From Paramecium tetraurelia (Eukaryota), in NCBI GenBank assembly GCA_000165425.1, contig CT868019.1, positions 186,001-249,704 of the forward strand: a DNA stretch of 63,704 nucleotides, read 5' to 3'. The notes under the pieces are model-generated. The model searched no databases. It was not told the DNA's origin and saw only the letters and a list, made by a program, of their open reading frames with translations. The position numbers and the translations under genes are program-made. Of this stretch, positions 52,816 to 63,704 are shown piece by piece. Within the stretch, counting starts at the first letter, position 1, and each line of letters opens with the position of its first letter.

Positions 52816-53839
52816 ATGAATTATATTGATTAAGATGATTGTAATATCCCTTTTGATTACGAGGATGATTTAATTTTCCCTCCCTATTATGAAAATGCAG
52901 AAACACCCGAACATAGCAAATCTACTGATTTAGAATAAAAGATCAAAAACGATAGAAAAGAAAGGATTTTGAAAAAAAGAATAGAAAAAAAACAAAAGAC
53001 CAATTCTGATTCTAGCAACAATCTCTCAAAAGAAGAGATAAGGAAACTAAGAAATAGAAATTCTGCCTAACAGTCAAGAGATAGAAAAAAATAATAGTTT
53101 GATTCTTTGATGTTAGAGAACCAAAATTATTAAATCTTACTAAAACAATAGGAAGAGTAAATTTAATTATTAATTGAAGAAAACAATTAGTAAAGATTAA
53201 AAATACAATACTTGGAAGAAATAAAGTATTTAAATAAAAATATAAATTAGTTAAAGTTACAAATGTATGAATTGTGCATCGGAAGTAAACCATGAGATGA
53301 TAAGAGTAAATGTCATTTCTAAATAAAAGATGATGAACTATGGATTATTATCTTTGTTGACAATCACTTGTATTTTGTCAATTGTCAATAATGAATACGA
53401 ATTCTCACCAAAGCCAATATCACTTCATCAGATTTCAGAATAAAAATATGAATTTTTAGCTCCTAAATAAAAATAATAGTTTTCAAATCCAACATCATTA
53501 ACACTCTACAACCATTTAACCATGCCTGAACATTAATATAATAATCAAACTCTATTTTATAATTGCACAGGCAATTAAAAGGAATGTCAATCATTTTTAA
53601 ATATCATCAAGGCTGAGAATTCTAATAATTTATATTTTGTAAATGATGCTTAAGAACACTTCCCTGCTGAACAAGATCATTATTTCGAGAAAGGAGAAAA
53701 TGTTTATTTAATCAAAATCAAACAAGATGATGAAGACAACTTTTAGATATTTAGGGCAAGATGCTAAATAACCGAAAGTAATAAGTTGTTTTTCGAAAGG
53801 GACGATTAAGATTCTTATAACAATAGTTTGTAATACTGA
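52816..53839 (+). CDS. Membrane-tethered bZIP transcription factor (XBP1/CREB3/ATF6-like)
   Basis: Acidic N-terminus; NLSKEEIRKLRNRNSAQQSRDRKK plus zipper; 25-nt intron 53226-53250; hydrophobic YGLLSLLTITCILSIV; about 150-aa C-terminal domain with NQT/NCT sequons; 333 codons after splicing. Confidence 0.85.
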
Positions 53840-53940
53840 TATTTACTCTTTCCATTTTTTTATTTCTATTAATTTTTTAATTTATGAAAATTAATTAAGA
53901 ATGCAACCTTAACCATTTTAAATATTTTCAATAAGAAGTA

Positions 53941-54893
53941 TCAGAATGAATTGACTAAATCAATAACTTAATCAGCATTAAGATTATTGTTTAATTCAGC
54001 TTTTGCCAAGGCGACAAAATTTTATCTAACTCTAATTATAAAGGTCTCTGAATAACTATCACTTTGTATAACTTCTCCTCTTGTATACAGAAAGAAGAGA
54101 GCATATAAGGCAAAAACACCACAGTCCTAGAATTAATAAATAGTTTACTGAAACTCCAGTTTGCCTTGGAGTATTTTTTTATATTTCCCATTTAAAATTT
54201 TTTGTGCATTTATATTTTATAATTCTTTCAATTCCAGCCATAATATCTGATTTGTATCCGTTTAGAGAATCCTAATATATAATTTTGCCCTCTTTAAAAT
54301 AGACTAATACGCTTATCCAATGAGAATTTCCTAAGTTAATTGGAAAATATGCATAATCATAATTAGCAATTGAACTTCCTTTTTAATAATCATTATTCAA
54401 AGTTTATTGAAAAAGGAGAGTTTCTAATTAAGAAATTTTGAAAATTCCCTCATCTACTTATTTAATTTCATTAATGCTTATGATTTCGAACATAAATTTT
54501 TTCTATTTAGTCTTCGCTTTATAAACTTCTTCCTTAGCTTATTGAATTGGTTAGTTCCTTTCTAAATTCGCTGAATTGGAAATGATATTTGATTAGCAAG
54601 TCTTCTTATCCACTATCTATTATTTGATTTTATTAATTTTTTCAAAGTCAATCAAATCGTTGGATAATTGGTTGGTTAGTTTTGGCATAAACTCAGCGAA
54701 GAAATAGCAATCAACTAAAAATATCTAATGATCTTGAATAATTTACATTTCTTCTATTGGAAAAATATTTATTAAAAACGTTTTAGAAAAATATCAAATG
54801 TGAACTTGTCAAAAATTCTTGATTCTCAAGGATTTTTATGAAATTTTAATCAATTGTTACTCCGTTTTTTCTATTACCAATTTATTTTAACAT
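53941..54893 (-). CDS. Ulp1/SENP family (peptidase C48) SUMO/ubiquitin-like protease
   Basis: YFPINLGNSHWISV...YQDSLNG...PRQTGVSDCGVF, i.e. His-Asp-Cys triad plus oxyanion Gln; two introns. Confidence 0.9.
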
Positions 54894-54942
54894 ATAAATC
54901 TATTAATAATATTTTAAAGAATAATTATTAATTAAAAGCAAT

Positions 54943-55341
54943 TCAATCTACATATATGAAATAAATAGTAAATAACAAATATGGTAATATTAGAGAGTGA
55001 TCATAAAAGATAATAAAACAAGGAAATTTGTTAATTTTATTTTTTCTTTTAATAAAAATTAAATTTGTTACAAATACAAGTTGTCTTATTTCATCATCAT
55101 CATTTTTCATTTTCAAATGCTGTATATACTTGAAGAATTGATTTCCTTTGTACTATTATAATTATACTATTTCGCTTAGATTTTGAACCCAAAACAATTA
55201 GGTTTGATTTTAAAAAATAACACTTTCCAAATCTACATTTATATACTGAATTTATATATGGATAGATCTATTGATAGGGAATCCATCGATGTCTGACCTT
55301 TTTACACCCTTAAATTAAACTATCATTTACAATAATAGCAT
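54943..55341 (-). CDS. Possible small hypothetical protein
   Basis: 133-codon open frame with RSDIDGFPI; a frame this long could be chance in a one-stop code. Confidence 0.3.
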
Positions 55342-56176
55342 TTTATTTATATGATAAACATTTTTTAATTTTAATAGCAGAGGAAAATAAGGATAAATTT
55401 ATTTTTAGTTTACATATTTTTCTTCAAGAAGATTTACAGATATTTAATATTATTAATTAATCCAATTAGTACCTAATTATAAATCATGTCTTTTTTTGCT
55501 GCTACTTAAAGACTTAATTTGAATAATGATAGATAAATAAAGTTATTCTTAATTATTTCTATGAAAGCCGTTATAATACATTCCACAATCTTAATTGGCT
55601 ACTTTATAAATTTGTGATTACTCTTGGGTTAAAAATAACTTAATATTTAATTTAACTGATTTTATTACATAAGTTTCTTTTATTTAAAAAAGAAAATTTA
55701 AGATTTATAAATAGGAAGATTACATTATTGAGTTTATTGAAATTATCATTAATTTTAATTTTAAAATCTTCAGTAGATAATCTCTATAAAGTAGCAATTG
55801 TTTTAACGAAGCAACTAAATTTTTAAAAGAATTAATAATTATAAGTGCCAACAAACAAGGTTTTAATAGAATTAAAATAGCTTTGGATTTAGATCAATAT
55901 ATTTATAAAGGGCTCTTTTTCTAATGAGATATAAATTAATAAAACAAAATATTTAGTATTAAATTTGATTTTGTTTAGTAATAAAATTAATTGTCAATCA
56001 ATCTTAAAAAATTTAGAATAAAAATAGAAATCATTGTTTAAACAGCTTTTGTAATATTTTATTGTATTAAGAAACTGGATACGCATTTTGCCCTCATAAA
56101 TCATTTATAATCAGCCATTATTAAGGAGTGTGAGAATTAGAGATCATCCCAAATACATTATAGTAAATATATTCAA

Positions 56177-56655
56177 ATGAGTAAAACTTCCTTTGCTGAG
56201 CTGCTGTAATCCGACAGAAGCCAAGAGAGCTAATCAGAATCATCAGAGTTTAAAGTTGAATTACGGAAACAAAGGGGTAGTTAAACAGCCAATGCCGACG
56301 CTAAACGTTACCATAAAATACCATTAAAAACACAAATTTTATTGTTTTAGATGGTCTTTTCATAAGGAAAACGAATAAAACAGGTAATGACCTTCAATAC
56401 TATATTTAGGTTGCGAAATAATTAGGAATGAATTACTCAAGTGCAAAGTCTTTGATACATTATTACAAAAACAACAAGAGACCAACTCCCACTGCTATTT
56501 CTAGCATAATAAGCTTAAACAAAGCCTGTGGTATTAGGAAAACGAAATAAGGAAATAATAATTTTTTCGTTGATATACGAATAAAAAAAAAAAGGATAAG
56601 GAAATACAATTATTATGTATTTTTAACCGAAGAACATAATTAAATAACCAATTGA
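56177..56655 (+). CDS. Small helix-turn-helix (homeodomain-like fold) DNA-binding protein
   Basis: RYHKIPLKTQILLFQMVFSQGKRIKQVAKQLGMNYSSAKSLIHYYK; 26-nt intron; 151 codons. Confidence 0.8.
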
Positions 56656-57299
56656 ATTAGAAGGAAAATGATTTATAATTATATCAAGTTTAATTTGCTC
56701 TTTAATCAAACCTTTATATACTTTTGTTAGATAAAATTATTTTTGAAGGTATTAACCAAGCAATCCTCCGAAAATATAATGTTTAGAGAGATAATTCGTT
56801 TTTGACAATTAATTCTAGCATAAGAATTTTGCATCAATAACGCTTTTTAATAAATGAAAAACATCACAATCATAATTATAAAAATTAATTATCATTATAT
56901 ATTATTGTAATTTAAATAATAATTGGATATTCGAATCGCTAAACATTTTACCTTTAAAGTTAAATTGCTATTCTAGATGTAATATAGAAATGCATTTGAG
57001 TGTAATATTTTTTAGATCATGATGAAGTATTAAAAAAGATTAATCTGAATAATTTTAAAGAAAACCAATGGGAATTCCAATAGATCACCATAGTTTTGTA
57101 TTATTTATTCATTTCTATCAAAGAGTATGGCTTTTGATGGTAATTTTAGATTAAATTTGAAAGATAGGTATACCTTTTTAATTAAAATTTATGATAAAAA
57201 ATTATTCAAATTTCATAATTTTCAATTCTAATACCTGTTTCGAATCATTTGATAAAGTATTGATCATAATTTACGATAAAAAACTTAATAATTAAATAT

Positions 57300-58275
57300 A
57301 TGTTTTTATTTTTTATTATACCGATTGTTTTTACAAGTGATAATTATCAAATTCCATCCTATTACGGATCAAAAGAATTGGATTTTCTTTTGAGAAAAAG
57401 CATAATAAATGGCAATTTAAGTTCTTTTTATTGGCATCCAAGTGTTTCTAAGAATGATAATACTTCTACATTTTACTTGGGTTATAAAAATGCAATATTC
57501 GAAATTGATAAAGGTACTACTAGTTCCAATATTAGACAATAGAAGCAAAATAATAGCAGGCTCCTCCTCAGGGAAGTCAGGGTTTAGAGATGGTGACGCT
57601 GCAAGTTCTCTATTTAATAATATCAAAAGTGTAATTTACTTTTCTAAAAATGAAACATTAGCAAAGTAAGAATATACTAAATAAACAATAATTTTGGCTA
57701 ACAATAATACAGAATGTTTAAATGTTGATTCTACAAATTTTACTCAATGTTTAGATACCTAAAGTGATCCAGTAGATCCTTATAGAATAAAGGATGTATA
57801 TAAAGAATAATCTGTACCATAAGAGGAGTTCAAAGAATTTCTTTATATAGTGGATTCTGGAAATCATTGTATTAGACAAATAGATTTATAGAAGAAAATA
57901 ACAAAGACAATTGCAGGCATTTGTGGATAGAGGTATTATACATAAATTATCATTAGTGGCTTTAAAGACGGTTTGTTGGGAATGAACTTATTTAACACAC
58001 CAGATTAAATGGGAATTGATGTTTTAGGCAACATTTTTGTTAATGATTTTAATAATCACTTTATTCGGATGATAACATTAGATGGATATGTGAATACGTT
58101 AATAAGTGGAAGTTGCAGATAGGATGTGAGATATTAGGACATCTAATTTGATAAATTGAATTTAAAGAGGGTCATTTGTTTAAAGACCTGGATTAAAACA
58201 TCAGGCTAACCTTCAGATCACCTAGTAGTGTAAAATTATAATATATGTACTTAACATATTATAGATTGTTAATGA
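57300..58275 (+). CDS. Secreted NHL-repeat (beta-propeller) protein
   Basis: Signal peptide MFLFFIIPIVFT; GFRDGDAASSLFN, LYIVDSGNHCIRQID, GFKDG, GNIFVNDFNNHFIRMI. Confidence 0.87.
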
Positions 58276-58733
58276 TTAATTATCAAAACATAAAATTTAG
58301 TAAAAATTATGACTCTCCATAATAACAATAATAATCAACTAAACTTCCTTTGATAATTGATCTGCACAAAAAAAAAGAGCATTAAATCAAAAATAATAAA
58401 GTCTAATCTAAATCTATGCATCACGGTGAAAGGAAAAACAATTTTATTCTAAACAGCATTATAACAGATGTAAATGAAATGATTAAATAATATCATGTTT
58501 CTGTGTTTAAGGAAGACTAAGGAGATAAATCTGTGAGAGATTAGAAAAAAACCAAATAATTATGGTTATAGGAAAATGAAAACAAAGATAATAAGTTAAT
58601 AACTTAATATCAATTGCTTGAGCTAAGATTAAAATAACATTAAATAAAGAAAGATAAGTCAACAATTTCTATATAGGGAAATAGACTATAAACTATTAGT
58701 ACAATTACATATGACACAATTAGCAAAGAATGA
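58272..58733 (+). CDS. Hypothetical Q/K-rich protein (start uncertain)
   Basis: 154-codon open frame; the first ATG overlaps the TGA of the NHL gene, with an alternative ATG near 58416. Confidence 0.5.
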
Positions 58734-59124
58734 CAATCAAATATATCAATATATTATAGAAATTATTGTTTCACTTATTAATCGAATGAATTATCTCTTA
58801 ATATACGGTGATATTATCAAAAATGAATCATATTCATAGTCGTCAATTCTCCAGATTTTTTATGATCTTTTGAACTAAAGATTTACAAAACAAATTAATT
58901 TTTTATAGAAAATATACCTCCAACACATTTTTATCAATTAAAAATGATTTTTGAGATTTTTAAAAAACTAAACATATCTTATATATTAAGGTATGAAATC
59001 CATCCTTTATGACATTCAAATGCATTTTTAATACATATAAAAATTTTTAGAAAATAAGTATGGATTATATGGAACATTCATGATCAAATTTATAAAAAAT
59101 ATTCTTGGTATAGTTTATAAGATG

Positions 59125-60013
59125 TCATAAAAACGAATCAATGAAGCACTCATAATCAAGAGGATTTAATGCTGTGCTGTTATAATCAACGTATGGGTTT
59201 GGAGAACCGATTTTTGATTCCTAAAAATCTAATTCTTTTGAACATTTATAGTCACCTAACAATTTATTAGTTTGGGTGTCACTTTTATCTAAAATTACAG
59301 AAGGAAATACTTTCTTATCTTAATTCCTCGTTTATGGCATGGAGCATCTACCCAACCTATTTAAATTTTACTTCGATGTCAACACTTTGATTGTAAACAA
59401 ACTTATTATATTATCTATCATACATGATTTAAATTCTGCATTTAATCGATAAGATATGATGAAGTTTCTTATAATAGTTTCATATCTTCTTTTAATTTGT
59501 TATTAGTTTCCTTTATATCTAAGGCGCATTCTTTAAACAAGTTTTATTCCTCTTTGATATTTATGGCTACAAAATACTATGATTATAATACTTGGTTCTT
59601 CTTATATCTGAGGTGCCTGAATGTCTTCTTGATTCCTTCTTTTAATAAATTGTAACATGGATCTACAATACTTGTAACAATATTACTTCATTCCTTTTTT
59701 GAAGCATTTGTGCTTAAAAATTTACCCTTCATTTGATCGAACTTTCTTGAAATTATATAGGTTTAACTATCTAGAAGATGTATATTATTTGCCATATACC
59801 TCACAAAGCTAGAGTAATTACTGTGTTTAAAGAAATTTTATAACACTTATTTTTCCATTTGCTACTGATTGTAAACTATGAAAGCAGTGCCTTGTGCAGT
59901 CCAACTAACAATATTACTATTTTTAGGTTCCTTAATAAATTCTAAGACTTTATTACTTCGAGCATTTGATAGGTTTTCAAAATGAAAGTAGGTATTGGAG
60001 TTCTAGTACTCAT
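59125..60013 (-). CDS. Heat shock factor (HSF)-type DNA-binding protein
   Basis: PTFILKTYQMLE...IVSW...GTAFIV...FFKHSNYSSFVRQLNLYNFKK followed by a coiled coil; several short introns. Confidence 0.93.
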
Positions 60014-61156
60014 AATTCTAAATATAATATTATTATTTTGCAAAAGAAATAATCCAATATTTAAATTAAAGTGACTTGAATATTTGTTCTTCACTAAAGG
60101 AAGTGAGAATCAAATTAATAATTCAAATCAAAACTTTTGTTATTTATTATTAATTACCCACTCCAAATAATTCACCAAATAAAGAAAAACTATATTTTTT
60201 ATACAAAATAAAGATTTACAACAAATTAATACAGATTAATTAAGTAATTATAGTGTTGCTTAGAGTAATGCTTTGTTAATTGATCATATATTTTATCATT
60301 AAAAAATAGAGAATCATTTGTTAATTATTGATTGATTGATGAATAAGTTGATTTAACTAAAAATTATATTTTATTAACTTAATTAATCATGATAAAATAA
60401 TTTATATTCGCTAAATAAAAAATAAAATAGTTCTAATTCAAAGTATAGAAATTGTTAATCATTGCTCTAAAACTTTAAGATTGTAATTTGATTCCTCAAG
60501 AGTATGATAAATTTAATAAACTTAATTAATACAAATTTTTTTATTATGTAATTACAATAATCAATGTTGATAATATTTTAAGTTTCATAAATACAATTGA
60601 TGAATGTTTTAGTCATTTATTAAAATTAAAATTGATTAGAGACGTATATCTAAATATTTAGATATAGATTATAATTGGACAAATAATTATTGTACTAATT
60701 AGTTAATTAAAAAAATCAAAATAAATTGATATTTTGTAGAATTCATTAATAAATACATAAATTTGCTAAATAATGTATATTTCATACAATTTTAGAAAAC
60801 TTGTCACATGAACAAACTAGAAATCCTTTTTTCTAAAATTATTTGTTATTTAGGATAAGTTCTCTTCAATTATAATTTAATTTAAATTCTTTAATTCAAT
60901 AGTAATAAGATAACCAAAATTATAAAATTTATCAATTGAATTTTGCAAAATTTATTGATATGGCTATACTTATCAAAGTATTGCATTGATAGAACCATAA
61001 AGGATTTATTTCCATAATTTACTATAAATTGTCTAGACCTTTAGAAATCATATTTAAAGATGTCAAATTCAATAAAAAAATACAATATATATATAAACAT
61101 ATGTAAACAGATCTCTAACTTAACTAGCATGATAATTGATATATTATATTATAAAA

Positions 61157-62167
61157 TCAATCAACATATCTTTAGCATTCTTACATTCTCTCTAACTAAC
61201 TTTTCATATTATAAAAAGCTATTAAGTTTCCTAAAAACTAATCGTCTAATTTTTCACCTGATCGAATGTTATATAGATTCTTGAAGATATTGTCACTGAT
61301 TTAATAAAGCCAATCTGAATTGGTTCTATTGGTAGCATTTTAATCAAATGATTAGAAATTGTTTTCAATTTTAATATGATCCTACATATCAGACTTTTAA
61401 TCTGAAAACTATTAGAAATGATTATTGAATTAATCATCATCTCTTTTTGCATCTGTTTTTATTTTCTTTTTTGATTTTTTTCCATTGGATTCTTATTTTA
61501 TACTATCATAAATAGGGAAATTTTTCTTCAGCTTTTCAAAAAATTAGGATAATTTCCTATTAGCTAAATTTACAAATTCTTCAACCTTAGTCTCATCAAC
61601 AGACCAACTAGATTCATCATTTCTTTTAAAAACAACTGCTGAAAGACATCCTTTTACTGTTCTTGTAGCCATGCCTGTAAAATTCTTACCATTTTGTCTT
61701 CTTAAGAAAGGGAGATAAGGTTCTGTTACATTAATGAGGTTGTTCAAAGTAGCGTTACCATTTTGAAGTTGAATTGCTTTAATTAAATGGCCAGTCAATG
61801 ACATCTAGTATAATTCTTCTTTGTCAATCATATCCTACCATTTGTTCACATCAAATGCTCTTGCTTGCTACCATTATTACACAATAAATATTACTAATTT
61901 GATTGCTTCCGAATGATGTTTCCGTTCTTCTGGCCGAGGTTAGTTTAATCTAATATTGATGATTTAACTCAATAACAAAGGTTTACTTTGTTTAAAATAC
62001 TTATTCTAATTGTCACATAGATCACTCTACTTTATAATATTTTTAATATACTTCCACTTTAGTTTTTTAATCCATTGCCTTGTTTTTATATAAAATTACC
62101 CCCTTTAATAAATTAAATAACGGGGATCGCATTCCTCCTTTAACTTAAATAGTCACCCCGTAATCAT
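61157..62167 (-). CDS. Putative winged-helix-like nuclear protein
   Basis: LTGHLIKAIQLQNGNATLNNLI...LRRQNGKNFTG...TVKGCLSAVVF...W; basic KKSKKKIK stretch; 5' exons approximate. Confidence 0.6.
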
Positions 62168-62422
62168 TTATTTTTAACACAGATCATATAATTTGATGTA
62201 AAGAAATGAAAGATGAGATGAGAAAGACTTTCCATTCTATTCAAATCTTTAAATCATTTTTTGGAATTAAAAAATACAAAATAATCAAACTTTTTCTAAC
62301 ATTCATATAACCAATCTCATTGTAAGTGAAGATTTGATTGGATCAGCATATAAGCTTAAAATATTTATTAATTACATTTAATTAATTAAGTAAAATCATC
62401 CAAAAACTCAATTTAATCTTAA

Positions 62423-63704
62423 ATGAAATCTAGTTAATCTGACAGCATTGAAGAAGAATCAGGTAATTGGAATCTTTCTAGTCCTCAAGGGCCTTAAATT
62501 TCTTTAAGAAATACGTTTGCAAACTATCAACCTGATTCCTCAGTTCACTCGTATGAATCTGAGAGAATTTAAGATAAATCAGAAGAATAAAAATAGTAAT
62601 TCACTATTGAATTTAACCCAGATGCTTAACCTATTTTTAAGAGAACCATGATAAGAACAAATCCTTTGCAAAAATTGCATCAGATAGCTGCGAAAAACAG
62701 ATTGGTCAAATAATTCAAATAAAATCTCTTCATGAATTCATATATATTGTCAAAAGACTATTAGTAACAATTGATTTTATTTAAATAGAGACAAAATATT
62801 GTAGTTTGAATAATTTTCGTAAAATAAAAATTTGGATTACTTAATTAGTAAAACTTAAAGTTCAATTTTACCTGTTTTTGAGGCTTATAGTAACTTAATG
62901 AAAGGATGGGATGTAATAATGATTCTCTAACAATTAATACAATTGTGGTTTCTACCATTTATAATAAGTTTTTACGGATTTGATTCGAATATTTATGTAA
63001 TAAGAGAATTTTTGATCTTGATGACATTACTAGACATTATTGTTTCAATGAACAGAGAGATATTCTATAAGGGAAGTTACATTGGAAATCGACAATAAAT
63101 TTTTAGACAGTATACAAAAAATGGATTAGTTGGAGATATAATTTAATTAATTACTTGGTTTTGTTTCTTGTTTATTTACTAAAATATAGAATATAAAGCC
63201 TACTTAATTTTACTAGGAATTTTAATGGTAGTTTGTTGTATCAAATCACTATTAAGAAAAACTGAATATTACATTGATAGTTATTACAATAAAGGGAATC
63301 TTAGTAACTTTTTGGATCTCTTTATATTAATCCTACAGATTTATTTTGTAGCACATTATATGGCATGTCTTTGGCATTTTGTTGGGTAAATGGGTATATA
63401 AGTCGAAAAGGCAACTTGGCTTAGTGAATACGGGTTTCTCGATGAATCTATCACTACCAAATACAACTATTCCTTTTATTGGGCCACTATGACAATGGCT
63501 ACTGTGGGATATGGAGATATTACTGGAAGAAATAATTATGAAATACTGGTATCTAACATCATGATGATCCTTTCAAGTTGCATATTTGCATATTCAATGA
63601 ACTCTATCGGGAACATATTAAAAAGCATAAATGATTCAAAGTTGAATTACAGGTATCATTAAACAATAATTCTTTAGGAGGACTATATCATCAATTAATA
63701 ATTC
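62423..63704 (+). CDS. K+ channel of the EAG/cyclic-nucleotide-binding-domain type, N-terminal part (runs off the window)
   Basis: Six-TM layout; AHYMACLWHFVG; pore YSFYWATMTMATVGYGDIT; S6 CIFAYSMNSIGNIL. Confidence 0.92.

Noticed and set aside
53251..53330. IRE1-type unconventional intron (twin CNGNNG stem-loops) in the TM-bZIP mRNA
   Set aside because: Only one CNGNNG-like match (CGGAAG at 53280), without a convincing stem or a second loop.
57019..57048. Box C/D snoRNA-like ATGATGA...CTGA
   Set aside because: Only about 30 nt between the boxes, with no terminal stem or recognisable guide.
60014..61156. Long AT-rich spacer as a retained IES, transposon remnant or ncRNA (likewise 35255-36066)
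   Set aside because: No terminal inverted repeats, transposase remnants or structure visible; TA boundaries cannot be assessed without germline/somatic comparison.
23..61804. Many ORF-track entries (e.g. 920-1153, 6362-6721, 10458-10817, 43797-44123, 45725-45976, 48835-49170, 53012-53293)
   Set aside because: Antisense or off-frame shadows of real genes, produced by using the standard code.
1..63704. tRNA, rRNA, telomeric repeats and mobile elements
   Set aside because: None recognised by eye; a covariance-model search would be needed to exclude small RNAs.

Overview
AT-rich, gene-dense ciliate macronuclear-type DNA, most likely Paramecium. TAA/TAG read as Gln, TGA is the only stop, and genes are split by tiny 21-30 nt introns, so the supplied standard-code ORF track is mostly fragments or antisense noise. 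Translating by hand in the ciliate code gives about 40 gene models. These include an OSCA/TMEM63-like channel, a REJ/GPS PKD1-like receptor, a pseudokinase-MORN protein, an RCC1 protein, an EF-hand-PIP5K fusion, a PCD-like protein, a SAPS protein, a RING/TRAF-type protein, U2A', a PAS multi-TM protein, a choline transporter-like protein, CK1, a VPS9 GEF, two bZIPs, RPB11, an ERK7-like MAPK, a tandem EF-hand/coiled-coil pair, a Ulp1 protease, HTH, NHL, HSF and winged-helix proteins, and a K+ channel. The best candidate for an undescribed system is at 52.7-53.8 kb: a membrane-tethered XBP1/CREB3/ATF6-like bZIP with a UPRE-type element (TGACGTGG) in its own promoter and a 25-nt intron whose retention would give a soluble, anchor-less bZIP. 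Other points of interest are two microprotein genes and a probable GC-AG intron. All models were read by eye and no database search was run, so exon boundaries and family calls need confirmation.
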